Shown here: positions 28,481-38,589 of the stretch, in pieces
Position numbering within the stretch: the stretch's first letter is position 1
How the letters are laid out: each line of letters starts with the position of its first letter
Sequence record: PV245934.1
Source of the DNA: Escherichia phage sutha
Strand: one strand, 5' to 3'
DNA length: 64,000 nucleotides
The notes under the pieces: model-generated
What the model was told of the DNA's origin: nothing
Seen by the model: the letters and a program-made list of their open reading frames with translations, nothing else
Databases searched by the model: none
Translations under genes and position numbers: made by a program

Positions 28481-28720
28481 TTAAACTCTCGTATTGTGAT
28501 CGATAATTTCATCAAGAAACATATCTAACGCTTCTAAAGCATTATCAACTTTAGCTTCAAGTTCTTCAGCGCCTTTATTTGCAATGCCTGTCGAAAACCA
28601 AGCAAAGTCACTAAGTTCCTCGTCTGCTTTGCGAATTAAAGCTACCAATTCTTTAATTTTATCTGCTTGTTCGATACTAATCATTATTCCACCACATATG
28701 AAAGAGAGAATATTGCACAC
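28481..28720 (-). CDS. hypothetical protein (79 aa)
   Basis: Minus-strand ORF. Confidence 0.4.
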   Translation of the reverse strand: MCNILSFICGGIMISIEQADKIKELVALIRKADEELSDFAWFSTGIANKGAEELEAKVDNALEALDMFLDEIIDHNTRV

Positions 28721-28872
28721 GCCATATGAGTTGCAGCTTCATCACACATATCATAACGTTTCTTAAGAAGTTCTACAAGTTCTTCACTGGTAACTTCATC
28801 CATGTCGACGAAAAAATCACCATTAATGATGACGTAGATATTTCCTTCTTGATTAAGTGCTTCAATTTTCAT
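28684..28872 (-). CDS. hypothetical protein (62 aa; start moved to internal Met)
   Basis: Early promoter -10 at 28901-28906 lies inside the longer track ORF; GAGGAG SD precedes ATG at 28872. Confidence 0.4.
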   Translation of the reverse strand: MKIEALNQEGNIYVIINGDFFVDMDEVTSEELVELLKKRYDMCDEAATHMACAIFSLSYVVE

Positions 28873-28900
28873 GATGTTCTCCTCTTTATCTGATAGTTGT

Positions 28901-28930
28901 ATAGTATCACAGCTCAAATGGAAAGTAAAC
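28901..28930 (-). promoter_or_regulatory. T4-type early promoter
   Basis: GTTTAC - 18 nt - TACTAT. Confidence 0.55.
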
Positions 28931-28946
28931 CGGTAAAATGAAAAAA

Positions 28947-28962
28947 GTCTCCCGAAGGAGAC
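28947..28962 (-). terminator. rho-independent terminator (UUCG tetraloop) downstream of rI.-1-like gene
   Basis: GTCTCC-CGAA-GGAGAC followed by U6 in minus-strand RNA. Confidence 0.55.
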
Positions 28963-28967
28963 TAATG

Positions 28968-29354
28968 TTATTCGAGGGAAAGAAGATATTTACTTTGATA
29001 AAACATTCCAGTAATATCATCTATCGTACTTTGAATGGCTGGAGGCATTTCTTTGTAAATGCTGTTAGATTGGTCTAGTATGCGATCAATCATTTTAATT
29101 GTGTCGGTAGGAAGTTTACTGGCATCTGGAATAGAAGGTGTGTATTTTCTACCAGAATACCCCAAATATTGCTCACCAAATTTATCAATCAAATCTGGCA
29201 ACTCAGAGAAAATAAAATCGTATGCTTTGTGTCTAGCATAACTTTTAGTTTCAAAATGCGCAGAATGAAAATAAGCTTGTGCAGCCATTAATAAACCTAA
29301 GTATTCATCTGCCTTTGAAGGTTTTCCACTTTGTGAAAAGTCGCTGAATTTCAT
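28968..29354 (-). CDS. hypothetical protein (128 aa, rI.-1 position)
   Basis: Synteny: immediately downstream of rI. Confidence 0.5.
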   Translation of the reverse strand: MKFSDFSQSGKPSKADEYLGLLMAAQAYFHSAHFETKSYARHKAYDFIFSELPDLIDKFGEQYLGYSGRKYTPSIPDASKLPTDTIKMIDRILDQSNSIYKEMPPAIQSTIDDITGMFYQSKYLLSLE

Positions 29355-29644
29355 TCAGTCTCCAATTTAATGTTCATAATTCTAGCGTATGATTGTGCCA
29401 TCTCCGCGCCTCGCTCTATACATTCAAAATCGGAAGAGCACGGGTCATTTTTATAGGTCGTTCGCATAAAACTATAGAACTGTTCAGATGATTCTACGCT
29501 TTTATTTTCAAAAAGCATATAAACGTGTCTAATACCAGATTCCATAAATTTATCAAAATGAGGATCGACATTCGCTTCAATCGGTGGAGATAAAGCAAAC
29601 GCTAATCCTAGCATGGCAAATAGTGCCGTTGCTTTTAAGGCCAT
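29351..29644 (-). CDS. rI: lysis inhibition regulator RI
   Basis: 97 aa, MALKATALFAMLGLAFALSPPIEANVDPHFDKFMESGIRHVYMLFENK... near-identical to recalled T4 RI. Confidence 0.95.
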   Translation of the reverse strand: MALKATALFAMLGLAFALSPPIEANVDPHFDKFMESGIRHVYMLFENKSVESSEQFYSFMRTTYKNDPCSSDFECIERGAEMAQSYARIMNIKLETE

Positions 29645-29656
29645 AAAGGCCTCCTA

Positions 29657-29869
29657 TCATTTTTGTCCTGTATTTACTTTGTGCCGGTGCACGGCCTTAA
29701 CTTTATCAAGGTATTTTTCAAAATTTCGCAATCTAGTATAGTCTGCCGGAGATTGGTTGAGTGATACTTCTCGACGCAAAGCTGAAATGATATTTCCAAC
29801 TTCCCTACGAATTTCATCTAATTGAAGAACAGTAAGATTGCGAAGTTGCTTTTCAGTTAATTGTAGCAT
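29657..29869 (-). CDS. hypothetical protein (70 aa, rI.1 position)
   Basis: Synteny between tk and rI. Confidence 0.45.
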
Positions 29870-29911
29870 ATATACCCCTTTAGTTAGATAAACCTATTTA
29901 TAACTTTTGCA

Positions 29912-30493
29912 TTAACCGAGCTTTTTAGTTAATTCATTCCAATGTTTTCTACACAAAGAAACATAAATTTCATCACCAATACAGATTTGATCACCTTCTT
30001 TAACTGGTGTTCCATCTTCCATTAATCGAGCCGTCATAATCGTTTTTTTACCGCAATGACAAACTGCCTTTAGTTCAATAAGTTTATCTGCAATCGCCAA
30101 AAGTTCTTTAGAACCTTCAAATAATTTTCCGGCGAAATCAGTCCTTAGACCATAAGCCATAACAGGAACATTATATGTATCAACAATTCGACTTAATTGA
30201 TGCACCTGTTCAGTTTTTAAAAACTGGGCTTCATCTACAAATACACAATGAATATCTTTTTGTGCTTCAGCCCATTTATAGAACTCAAAAATATCCATAT
30301 CATCCGTAATAATATTCGCTTCCTGCTTAATTCCAATGCGAGAAACGACTTCACAGACAGAATCGCGAGTATCAATAGCAGGTTTAAGAACTAATACACC
30401 CATTCCGCGTTCTTTATAATTATGCGCAGCAGTCAAAAGAGAAGCAGATTTTCCAGCATTCATTGCTGCATAAGTAAAAATTAAACTCGCCAT
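29912..30493 (-). CDS. tk: thymidine kinase
   Basis: 193 aa; P-loop GKSAS, Zn-ribbon CHCG...C; matches T4 Tk. Confidence 0.95.
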   Translation of the reverse strand: MASLIFTYAAMNAGKSASLLTAAHNYKERGMGVLVLKPAIDTRDSVCEVVSRIGIKQEANIITDDMDIFEFYKWAEAQKDIHCVFVDEAQFLKTEQVHQLSRIVDTYNVPVMAYGLRTDFAGKLFEGSKELLAIADKLIELKAVCHCGKKTIMTARLMEDGTPVKEGDQICIGDEIYVSLCRKHWNELTKKLG

Positions 30494-30502
30494 ATCACCT
30501 TC

Positions 30503-30709
30503 TTAAAGCGTATTCACATAAGCTATTAATTCGTTTTCTTTCTTATCAAACCGGTCAGCAAATTCTTCTTGCTGTTCGGGAGATAGCGGGCCGTATTCAT
30601 CATAAAAGGTGTTTGCTTCTGTATGCTCATCTAGAAGTTCATGGATAAGCTCAAACAATTTATCTTTTTGTTCTTTACTCAGACTCATAACCATGTAACC
30701 TTTAAGCAA
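30503..30709 (-). CDS. hypothetical acidic protein (68 aa)
   Basis: ORF in tk.x block. Confidence 0.4.
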   Translation of the reverse strand: MLKGYMVMSLSKEQKDKLFELIHELLDEHTEANTFYDEYGPLSPEQQEEFADRFDKKENELIAYVNTL

Positions 30710-30897
30710 TATTCTTCTACATGTTGTTTACGACCTTTCCTATCAATAAAGGTATATTCAACGAATGTTCCAATATAGTCTTTATCTACATCATGAGGAC
30801 TATTAATTGGGCATTTAGTACGGCAAATGCGTTCCCATTGACGAATAATTTCTGCTTTGTTTTTAGGATCAAACGGATGCGGGTAATGTGCTTTCAT
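30685..30897 (-). CDS. hypothetical protein (70 aa)
   Basis: ORF in tk.x block. Confidence 0.4.
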   Translation of the reverse strand: MKAHYPHPFDPKNKAEIIRQWERICRTKCPINSPHDVDKDYIGTFVEYTFIDRKGRKQHVEEYCLKVTWL

Positions 30898-31348
30898 AAT
30901 CCACCACTATTAAATCAATATCAGGAGTAAACATGTCGATTAATTTAGAAACCTTATCCCAATCACCGCCAGCAATACCGCAACCTATGCGTGGAATGTA
31001 AATTACTGGTTTAAACAAAAGGGTCTCTGCCTGTAGATTTAATTCTATCATGCAGTTTACTAAAGCACCATAATCAAGATTAGGACCCGGTTCGTATTGC
31101 GTATACAGGTTATAGCATATACCAAATCCCGTAGGACTATGTTTAAAAACAATAGACATATCGCCTAATTTATCGCGAGAACCGTACTCGGTAGTAGTTT
31201 TATCTATTTCTAAAATTTTAGGATAGGCCCTCGCTAATTGACCCGCTACACCTGAACCCATAGTATGAAAGCAGTTGCACCCGTGCGCAATAATATTACC
31301 TTGAAGAAATAGGGCGACAATATCGCCCTTGATATATTTTACAATCAT
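30869..31348 (-). CDS. macro-domain protein (ADP-ribose binding/processing family)
   Basis: 159 aa; motifs GDIV...IAHGCNC...MGSGVAGQLA typical of macro domains. Confidence 0.6.
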   Translation of the reverse strand: MIVKYIKGDIVALFLQGNIIAHGCNCFHTMGSGVAGQLARAYPKILEIDKTTTEYGSRDKLGDMSIVFKHSPTGFGICYNLYTQYEPGPNLDYGALVNCMIELNLQAETLLFKPVIYIPRIGCGIAGGDWDKVSKLIDMFTPDIDLIVVDYESTLPASV

Positions 31349-31686
31349 CTAGTACTCAATCCTCGATTATAAGAATCTACCAAACGGTCAACCATTGAAT
31401 GACAAGCGGCTTTATCTTTCTCCTCCGCAACTGAACATTCTAAGGTATTCCACTTTTTAGCATATCGTTTTAATAAAGTATCGTTCTTGTATCTGCTTGA
31501 TTTATCTCTTTCTCCGTCTTTATATGCATATATTAATTTCTGCGCAAATTCAGCTTGGCATGCTTTATTTTTCCCACAATAATCCGCGGCAGTACGGTTT
31601 ACATACTCTCTAATTTCAGTATATGATGTATTTGCTAACGCAGAAAATGAAATTAATCCTATACATAAAACCAAAATTTTAGTCAT
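31345..31686 (-). CDS. small secreted protein with signal peptide (occupies T4 vs position)
   Basis: N-terminal signal-peptide-like MTKILVLCIGLISFSALA; four Cys. Confidence 0.45.
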   Translation of the reverse strand: MTKILVLCIGLISFSALANTSYTEIREYVNRTAADYCGKNKACQAEFAQKLIYAYKDGERDKSSRYKNDTLLKRYAKKWNTLECSVAEEKDKAACHSMVDRLVDSYNRGLSTR

Positions 31687-32224
31687 TTACTATTTCCAAA
31701 AGTTTATTATTTTTAAGGTAGTTAGCCTTTTCTAGGACTTCAGAAGCATATTTAGAACCTGCTTTAACATTCCATCCCGAATTATAAGAGGATATCGCCT
31801 TTCTTATATCGCCCTTATGTATATTTAACCAATAAGAAAGTTCAATGTACGCCCAGGAAGCTGAATTGGACCGTTTATTCAACATTCTTTTTATTTCGGC
31901 ATCGGTCATATTATAACCAAGTTCCTTAACTCTTGCTCGCATAGTTGGCAAATAATTTTGGAACATTCCATAGGCATGATGTTTTGGTTTAGATTTTAAA
32001 TTAACTCCGGCAGAGCTTTCTTGCCATAAAATAGCAGCCATTATATGACCTAATCCGCTCTTGTGGATATTTTTATGTGTTTTATATTTTCCATCCTTAG
32101 AAAATTGTTCCCCGAATTGATACGCGTAACGCATGTTATCGAGTTGGACATTACTGAAAGTATGCTCGGAGCTATGTGCCATCATTGAAATGGCCAATAG
32201 ACCAGCGAGTAGTGCTTTTCTCAT
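31679..32224 (-). CDS. periplasmic lytic transglycosylase-like protein (SLT family)
   Basis: Signal peptide; motifs WQESS, YGMFQ, SYNSGW resemble SLT catalytic motifs. Confidence 0.6.
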   Translation of the reverse strand: MRKALLAGLLAISMMAHSSEHTFSNVQLDNMRYAYQFGEQFSKDGKYKTHKNIHKSGLGHIMAAILWQESSAGVNLKSKPKHHAYGMFQNYLPTMRARVKELGYNMTDAEIKRMLNKRSNSASWAYIELSYWLNIHKGDIRKAISSYNSGWNVKAGSKYASEVLEKANYLKNNKLLEIVND

Positions 32225-32231
32225 GCTTACC

Positions 32232-32693
32232 TCATTGAGTTTTAATTACTGCTTTAGAAGCCTTTCCCGGTAAACGACGACTATTGATAATTGCCATCCT
32301 GCACTGAAGTGACGGGTCTTTGAACTTCGCATTAGGTTTACAAACTGTAAATCCAAGCCAAAGATTTCCATCTGTGATTTCTAAACGTCCAGGACGATAT
32401 TCAACCCCATCAATAAAATCCTCGTCAATGTCAGGACGCGGAGGCATACTCAGGAATTCATTAACTTCTAAAACATGGTCTTTTATTTTGTGGAATAATT
32501 CAAAAACATATGTCTCATCAATCTCCCGTTGAATTGCACGATCAAGAAGATGCTGAGAATATTTTAGATGAAACGATGAGACCCCTGCTGCTTTTGATGC
32601 CTCACGAATCTCATTGTTAATTTGACGAAACTCCGACTCAAAGTGACGACGGAGCTTATTTCGACGGATAAAAACTTCTGTGTTGATAGTCAT
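32232..32693 (-). CDS. regB: endoribonuclease RegB
   Basis: 153 aa; size, position and recalled sequence match T4 RegB; own early promoter directly upstream. Confidence 0.85.
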   Translation of the reverse strand: MTINTEVFIRRNKLRRHFESEFRQINNEIREASKAAGVSSFHLKYSQHLLDRAIQREIDETYVFELFHKIKDHVLEVNEFLSMPPRPDIDEDFIDGVEYRPGRLEITDGNLWLGFTVCKPNAKFKDPSLQCRMAIINSRRLPGKASKAVIKTQ

Positions 32694-32720
32694 GTTATTC
32701 TCCTCTTAACTGATAGAAAA

Positions 32721-32750
32721 ATTATACCACAGTCAAGAGGAAAAGTAAAC
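32721..32750 (-). promoter_or_regulatory. T4-type early promoter of regB
   Basis: GTTTAC - 18 nt - TATAAT - GAGGAG - ATG(regB). Confidence 0.6.
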
Positions 32751-32752
32751 AG

Positions 32753-33073
32753 TTATTCTTTAAATCTAATCAATTTATTCATAGACTTTGTAACTTCTGC
32801 ACGAACCTCATGTAGATTTTTGAGCTGTTCAAGACGTTGCTCATAGTAAGCAATTTCATCTTCTTCGAGACAGTCCTGCGAATCTTCTTTAAGATAACGT
32901 GCATAGTCCTGGAAAGCTTTACGGACTACTTCCTGGAAGTCATCAAGACTTTGAATTTTCTTAGGAGCAACAGATACACGACGAGGGGCAGTATAATACT
33001 CATAACCAAACCCTGCGCTTAATTGAGCCATTAATATTTTTCCTCTGGTTGGAACACAGCACGACAAGCCCAC
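32753..33073 (-). CDS. hypothetical protein (106 aa, vs.3 position)
   Basis: Synteny. Confidence 0.4.
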   Translation of the reverse strand: MGLSCCVPTRGKILMAQLSAGFGYEYYTAPRRVSVAPKKIQSLDDFQEVVRKAFQDYARYLKEDSQDCLEEDEIAYYEQRLEQLKNLHEVRAEVTKSMNKLIRFKE

Positions 33074-33297
33074 ATACTGGCTTCTTTGAGTTTCGTTTTA
33101 GCAATAGTTAACTGATCAAGACTTTCAGCATAATTCTTCGCGAATTCACAGTCTTCACAATTATCTAGTGCTTCCCAGAATTCATCATATAAAGCATCAA
33201 AGATAAGTCCTAAACGAACTTCAGCATCTTTGATAGCATTCACTTTACCGATTTTCTCTTCAGTATGTGGATTATAACCCTTAATATCTTCAATCAT
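33031..33297 (-). CDS. hypothetical protein (88 aa, vs.4 position; possible Acb2-like)
   Basis: Position matches T4 vs.4, which I recall encodes the anti-CBASS sponge Acb2; sequence identity not verified. Confidence 0.35.
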   Translation of the reverse strand: MIEDIKGYNPHTEEKIGKVNAIKDAEVRLGLIFDALYDEFWEALDNCEDCEFAKNYAESLDQLTIAKTKLKEASMWACRAVFQPEEKY

Positions 33298-33511
33298 ATT
33301 TTACTTCCTCACCAGTACCCAAATCATATTCAACTAAACGAATAGGTTCATGAATGCCATATCCCTGAACAGAAATTTCTGTCGTAGGATAAATTCCACT
33401 AATATCACCCATGTTCCATGCTTCATTAAATTGCTGTTCGCCTGAATTACTAAACCACTCGGCGAAAGCATTTAGCACATCTTTAGAACCTTCAATAATT
33501 ATCTTTGCCAT
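33290..33511 (-). CDS. hypothetical protein (73 aa)
   Basis: Synteny (vs.5 position). Confidence 0.4.
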   Translation of the reverse strand: MAKIIIEGSKDVLNAFAEWFSNSGEQQFNEAWNMGDISGIYPTTEISVQGYGIHEPIRLVEYDLGTGEEVKYD

Positions 33512-33885
33512 TACAGACTCTCAGTAAAGGTACGAGCGATAACGTCGCGCTGCTGTTCCGGAGTCAGAGAGTTAAAGCGAACTGCATAACCGGATACACG
33601 GATGGTCAGCTGCGGATATTTTTCCGGATGCTTAACTGCATCTTCCAGAGTTTCACGACGCAGAACATTAACGTTCAAGTGTTGACCACCTTCAATTTTA
33701 ACTGTAGGTTGTGTTTCAATTTCAATTTCACGGGCATGCAAACCGTAGAAAATTTCTGGGTCTACAAAAGAGTCCTCTTTAAAGGTTTTAGAGACAATAA
33801 TTCGTGCTTGAATACCGTCTTCAAAATAAATAGTACCTTTATGCGTGCCTTCAAGAATTTGATATGCTTTCATATAACCTCTCAA
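33511..33885 (-). CDS. autonomous glycyl radical cofactor (GrcA/YfiD-like)
   Basis: 124 aa; C-terminal about 60 aa (...[59 protein letters not shown]) matches recalled E. coli GrcA with RVSGY glycyl-radical signature. Confidence 0.85.
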   Translation of the reverse strand: MRGYMKAYQILEGTHKGTIYFEDGIQARIIVSKTFKEDSFVDPEIFYGLHAREIEIETQPTVKIEGGQHLNVNVLRRETLEDAVKHPEKYPQLTIRVSGYAVRFNSLTPEQQRDVIARTFTESL

Positions 33886-34262
33886 TTAGAAAATAAATTT
33901 ATCCAAGATTGCTCTTTAATTAAAAATGGCTCAGAATCATATGCCATTAAACTTTGGGTGATTAGTCCTTTAAAAGGTCCATCAATAAATTCCATGGTAA
34001 AATATGGAATTTTATTCATTAATCTTGCATTAGGAGCAGTGCACAAAACTCTGCATCCTTTGAATACGCCTTTTTGTAATTTGTATTGCTTAGGATAAAA
34101 TTCGCTCAAGACGTTGTTATTTGCCAAAATTTCAAAATGATTCACCAATTTATTTTTAATAGTTTTTGGCGAAAAATAAAGATATTCGAAAAGTTGCGTA
34201 TCTGTCATCATTGCATTCCGATTACGAAAAACTGTGGACGAGTAATACCACCAGTACAGCAT
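33882..34262 (-). CDS. hypothetical protein (126 aa)
   Basis: Synteny (vs.7 position). Confidence 0.4.
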   Translation of the reverse strand: MLYWWYYSSTVFRNRNAMMTDTQLFEYLYFSPKTIKNKLVNHFEILANNNVLSEFYPKQYKLQKGVFKGCRVLCTAPNARLMNKIPYFTMEFIDGPFKGLITQSLMAYDSEPFLIKEQSWINLFSN

Positions 34263-34798
34263 TTACTATTGCAGCAGTGTTGCACAGTTTCAATATGAAT
34301 ATCGTAAATTTTATCCATATCAGGAGATTTAACAGGCTCATCGATTATATACAAAATTCGAGAAAGCGATAAACCTCTGAACTTGCTACCTCTATTACCA
34401 ACAAAACTACGGACAGAATCAGTAAATAAGCGGAATCGAATATCATCATTAGAATAACGCGAAAATTCTTTTTTAATGCGGCCCGCAGAAATTTTAGCGT
34501 AAGCTGAAGTATTAGAAAGAACAATAACTGTTCCACCGTCATATAACCAATTAGCGGCAAAATTAGTTACTGCAGTTGATTTACCGGATTGACGTCCACC
34601 ATCTAAACGAAGTGTACAATATTCTTTAAATAAATGCGACGAATCAGGTACATAAAATCCACTATTACAAATTTCTTCTACTCTAGCATCAGAATGGTGT
34701 GTAAAAGCATTCATCAGGGATAGATAAGGACCAGTTAAAAATGTTCTCATTTTATTCTCTCTAAATTTGGGCCATTCCATGGCGCATGAATTGTCCAT
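34208..34798 (-). CDS. small P-loop NTPase-like protein (196 aa)
   Basis: Walker A GGRQSGKST and Walker B-like LYIIDE; occupies the slot where T4 has vs.8/denV. Confidence 0.45.
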   Translation of the reverse strand: MDNSCAMEWPKFRENKMRTFLTGPYLSLMNAFTHHSDARVEEICNSGFYVPDSSHLFKEYCTLRLDGGRQSGKSTAVTNFAANWLYDGGTVIVLSNTSAYAKISAGRIKKEFSRYSNDDIRFRLFTDSVRSFVGNRGSKFRGLSLSRILYIIDEPVKSPDMDKIYDIHIETVQHCCNSKCCTGGITRPQFFVIGMQ

Positions 34799-34891
34799 TT
34801 CTGTATTTACCCATTACCGCACTTGGGCTCGACCTTATTACAGGTTGGCGGGAATCCCTCACAGAATCATGAGGTCCAGGTTGTTCCCATA

Positions 34892-35365
34892 TTATTTGAA
34901 TGATTTGACGTACTGAATAGAACCTTTACTATTCACGAAAGCGATTTTACCATTCTTATTATACATGGTAGCAGTACGCTGATAGCCATAAGTTTGCTTA
35001 CCAGATTGATAACCAACTAATGCGAAATTATCTTCGCCCATTTTATTCTGTTTAGCGCGAATACGTTCATGACCGTGTGCCATAAGAACCTTAGCATCGC
35101 CAGTTGCAATGGATCTACGAGTTTTTTCATCTTCAACTGTATTAACAAAGTCGTCAAATGAATCAAATTTAGCGTGAGATTTATTATACAGTTTTCCATC
35201 TACTGCATAATTGTATCCTTGTACATCCATCTCAACTTCTGTACCATCATCCAATACAGCAGTGATTTTCTGTCCTTTTTTAAATTTCAAAAGATCAGTA
35301 AAAGATTCAGCAATAATTTGAGAATTAATAGCTGCTTCAGTAATAAATTCTTGATATGTTTTCAT
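34892..35365 (-). CDS. internal-protein-like (capsid-targeting-sequence bearing) protein
   Basis: 157 aa; N-terminus MKTYQEFITEA matches T4 IP capsid targeting sequence with L/I-x-E protease site. Confidence 0.6.
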   Translation of the reverse strand: MKTYQEFITEAAINSQIIAESFTDLLKFKKGQKITAVLDDGTEVEMDVQGYNYAVDGKLYNKSHAKFDSFDDFVNTVEDEKTRRSIATGDAKVLMAHGHERIRAKQNKMGEDNFALVGYQSGKQTYGYQRTATMYNKNGKIAFVNSKGSIQYVKSFK

Positions 35366-35380
35366 GTGTATCCTTTAATT

Positions 35381-35698
35381 TTATTCTTTAGGGAAGTTTT
35401 TAGAATATGCATCATAAAGCTTATTTCCAATACGGCGGAAAACTTTAGCCGCAAAACGATTTTCTGGGTTTTTAATCATGATTTGCATCATATAAGTACC
35501 CGCGTCAGAAAGAGCTTCTTCATAGTACCCGTTAATTTCTTTAAGAGTCCTACGTTTACCACCAGGACCATCAACAGTGATTTTCCATTTACCCGTAGAA
35601 GTGCGACTTGGCGGCTCAATTTGTTCAATCCAGATATAACCACCTTCTACACGTTGTCCTGCAGCAGATTCTGCAATAAATTCTTTATAGGTTTTCAT
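35381..35698 (-). CDS. internal-protein-like (CTS-bearing) protein
   Basis: 105 aa; N-terminus MKTYKEFIAES; adjacent to lysozyme e as ipIII/ipII are in T4. Confidence 0.6.
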   Translation of the reverse strand: MKTYKEFIAESAAGQRVEGGYIWIEQIEPPSRTSTGKWKITVDGPGGKRRTLKEINGYYEEALSDAGTYMMQIMIKNPENRFAAKVFRRIGNKLYDAYSKNFPKE

Positions 35699-35733
35699 GT
35701 GTTTCCTTTAAATATTTTAATTAGTAATTGTGA

Positions 35734-35765
35734 ATATACTATCACAGTTTTAGGAGAAAGTAAAC
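35734..35765 (-). promoter_or_regulatory. T4-type early promoter
   Basis: GTTTAC - 18 nt - TAGTAT upstream of IP-like gene. Confidence 0.5.
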
Positions 35766-35769
35766 AACT

Positions 35770-36300
<531 letters not shown>

Positions 36301-36756
36301 TTAAAAGAGGCTGTTCATTATTCGGTAAAGTGAAGGACCCATCACATATTGCCACTGGGTACGAGGAATAAGAGCAAAAGCGTCCATCTCTGGAATCATA
36401 ACGCCATCTTTATTTTCAAAATAAGACTCACAATGGCAATTTCTAAACATCTCATGCTCTACTGGAATCGTATAATAAAACAACTGTAAGTCTTTATTAC
36501 TAGAATATTTAAATACACCTAGGTCTTCTAGAAGGTCTGGATTATAATTGCTAAAGCCAGTCTCTTCTAAGCATTCTCTTTTTGCAGCTTCCAGTGCATT
36601 CAAATCAAAACTTTCTACGCGGCCCTTTGGAATATCCCAGCGATGTGCTATCATTCCGGGCTTACGAGAACCAGTAACTCGTCCCATAAATAAATCTTTA
36701 TCTTCTGTCATAAAGATAATACCAGCTGATAGTGTTTTCATTTTAATTTCCTGCAT
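36301..36756 (-). CDS. nudE: Nudix hydrolase NudE (e.1)
   Basis: 151 aa; Nudix box GRVESFDLNALEAAKRECLEETG. Confidence 0.85.
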   Translation of the reverse strand: MQEIKMKTLSAGIIFMTEDKDLFMGRVTGSRKPGMIAHRWDIPKGRVESFDLNALEAAKRECLEETGFSNYNPDLLEDLGVFKYSSNKDLQLFYYTIPVEHEMFRNCHCESYFENKDGVMIPEMDAFALIPRTQWQYVMGPSLYRIMNSLF

Positions 36757-37226
36757 TCAGTGATAAAGTTATTTAAATTTTGAGTATATTTCTTTTCATC
36801 AAAAATCTTTTGCTGCCTACGTAACCGCCATGGCATTTCAATGAACACGCACCATATTCCTGATAGTACTGCTGCTGTAAAAATATTAACAAGTATAATT
36901 AAAAGAATCCAATCTTCCGTTCTGCCTACTGGACTTTCTCCAAAGAAGCAAAATACAAATGATGTCACAGGAAAACTAATGATATACCACAGAATAACCT
37001 TCTTATCTGTGAACCAATCAGCGTTCGTTAATTTAGCGCGACCATTATAAATACACACGAATTTATCATCTGTTGCAGTAGATGGCTTAACTGGTTGATA
37101 TCCCATTCTAAACTCCCTAATTAATCGTTTCTTTGTATCTTCAGAACAGCCGCTCCAGTCAACTCTATCGACTGAAATGCCATCGTCCCCATCATCTAAA
37201 TCATACCAGCGAGTTTTTAAAATCAT
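36738..37226 (-). CDS. membrane protein (162 aa)
   Basis: TM segments VILWYIISFPVTSFVFCFF and ILLIILVNIFTAAVLSGIWCVFI. Confidence 0.45.
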   Translation of the reverse strand: MILKTRWYDLDDGDDGISVDRVDWSGCSEDTKKRLIREFRMGYQPVKPSTATDDKFVCIYNGRAKLTNADWFTDKKVILWYIISFPVTSFVFCFFGESPVGRTEDWILLIILVNIFTAAVLSGIWCVFIEMPWRLRRQQKIFDEKKYTQNLNNFITECRKLK

Positions 37227-37597
37227 TTGATTTTCCTACAATCATTCACGAATTCTTTCATTGATTCATTTTCAATATAAGACATGTAGTTATTATATTC
37301 TTTTAATTGTATTTTGTAATCCTTTTTTCTTTGCCAATTTATTTTAAAATTATCATAATGAAAATATAAAATAATACTAAAGAATGAAAATAATGAAATC
37401 GCTATAGTATAATGAAGTTCACTCCAAACTTCTATTATATCTACTATACCGCTGACGTTACTGCGGATGTTTAAAATAATACAGTCAATCGTTAATCCAA
37501 TAAGACTACCAGCAAGAGCTGCAGCCAACGCCACAGCAAAAATTAAAAATGACTCAGAAAAAGAATATTTGACTTTATTTAGTTTTGGCTTTTGCAT
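37223..37597 (-). CDS. membrane protein (124 aa)
   Basis: TM segments FLIFAVALAAALAGSLIGLTI and IAISLFSFFSIILYF. Confidence 0.45.
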   Translation of the reverse strand: MQKPKLNKVKYSFSESFLIFAVALAAALAGSLIGLTIDCIILNIRSNVSGIVDIIEVWSELHYTIAISLFSFFSIILYFHYDNFKINWQRKKDYKIQLKEYNNYMSYIENESMKEFVNDCRKIK

Positions 37598-37992
37598 CGT
37601 GATTCCTTAACAAATTTCATAATTTCATTAAATTCATACATATTTAGTTTAAGCTGGTGTTCCTTTTTAATCTTTTTACACTGAGCTTTCCATTCACGTA
37701 CACGTTTACGATAATGCCTTCCTTGATACCAATATCCTACCCAATTTACAGGTACCAATAAAAATGGAACTACTAATGGAAGAATTAATACTAACAAAAA
37801 TATTACGCCAGATTCAATATCAGTCATAAAGTCTATAACCATTCCAACAATCAATAGAATTACAAATGATATAGCTGTCACAGGACCTATTAATACATCA
37901 GTAGGAATTAGCTGACGCTTTAGTTCATACTTCACAGGTTTACTTGGAAGGTATAGTGATGGCTTTGACATATTCTCTACATTCCTTAACAA
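37579..37992 (-). CDS. membrane protein (137 aa)
   Basis: Two TM segments (VTAISFVILLIVGMVIDF, VIFLLVLILPLVVPFLLVPV). Confidence 0.45.
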   Translation of the reverse strand: MLRNVENMSKPSLYLPSKPVKYELKRQLIPTDVLIGPVTAISFVILLIVGMVIDFMTDIESGVIFLLVLILPLVVPFLLVPVNWVGYWYQGRHYRKRVREWKAQCKKIKKEHQLKLNMYEFNEIMKFVKESRCKSQN

Positions 37993-38548
37993 ATTTTTCT
38001 AATAATAAATCGCTTTCAAAATTAGGATTTTCCACGAATTTATCAAAAAGATCATCAACGATAGTTAAGATATTCTTTTTACTAAGAATACGCTTATTTT
38101 CATATTTTGTTTCAGAGTCAACTATAAGAGTAAAGAAATATTTCTTTCCCTGAAATTTTACCGTAGTATCAATATAGAACAAATTTGACTTTTGTAAATT
38201 ACGTTTAAACCATGCGTCACTTAAACTATAAACGCCAAGATAATCATAATCGTCATTTAAATAACAAACTGTCCATTCAGGAGAAATGAAATCAGTAAAT
38301 TCAACATCAAAATCACACGTCAATGAATGAATTGATTCAATACTTTTAATGAGTATTCCAGGACGTATTAAAGACTTTTTACCTCTACAAAATCTTCCAG
38401 AAAGACTTTCATCAGTTTCATATGAAGACCCCCAATAGTAATTACGTCCTTCTGCCATACGTTTAAGAGCATTTAATAATTGATCTGGAACATCAACCTG
38501 TCTTTGGAACTCTTCAAACATTGAATTGAAATCACTTTGCATTTTCAT
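37940..38548 (-). CDS. hypothetical protein (202 aa)
   Basis: Minus-strand ORF in e.x block. Confidence 0.45.
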   Translation of the reverse strand: MKMQSDFNSMFEEFQRQVDVPDQLLNALKRMAEGRNYYWGSSYETDESLSGRFCRGKKSLIRPGILIKSIESIHSLTCDFDVEFTDFISPEWTVCYLNDDYDYLGVYSLSDAWFKRNLQKSNLFYIDTTVKFQGKKYFFTLIVDSETKYENKRILSKKNILTIVDDLFDKFVENPNFESDLLLEKFVKECREYVKAITIPSK

Positions 38549-38567
38549 TCCTATTTACTCCAAGTAA

Positions 38568-38583
38568 TAGGGGCCGAAGCCCC
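38568..38583 (-). terminator. UUCG-tetraloop hairpin downstream of 38590-39183
   Basis: AGGGGCCGAAGCCCCT. Confidence 0.4.
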
Positions 38584-38589
38584 TTATCA

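Noticed and set aside
33505-34098. 197-aa plus-strand ORF
   Set aside because: Antisense to the GrcA-like gene and its neighbour; no SD or promoter; composition artefact
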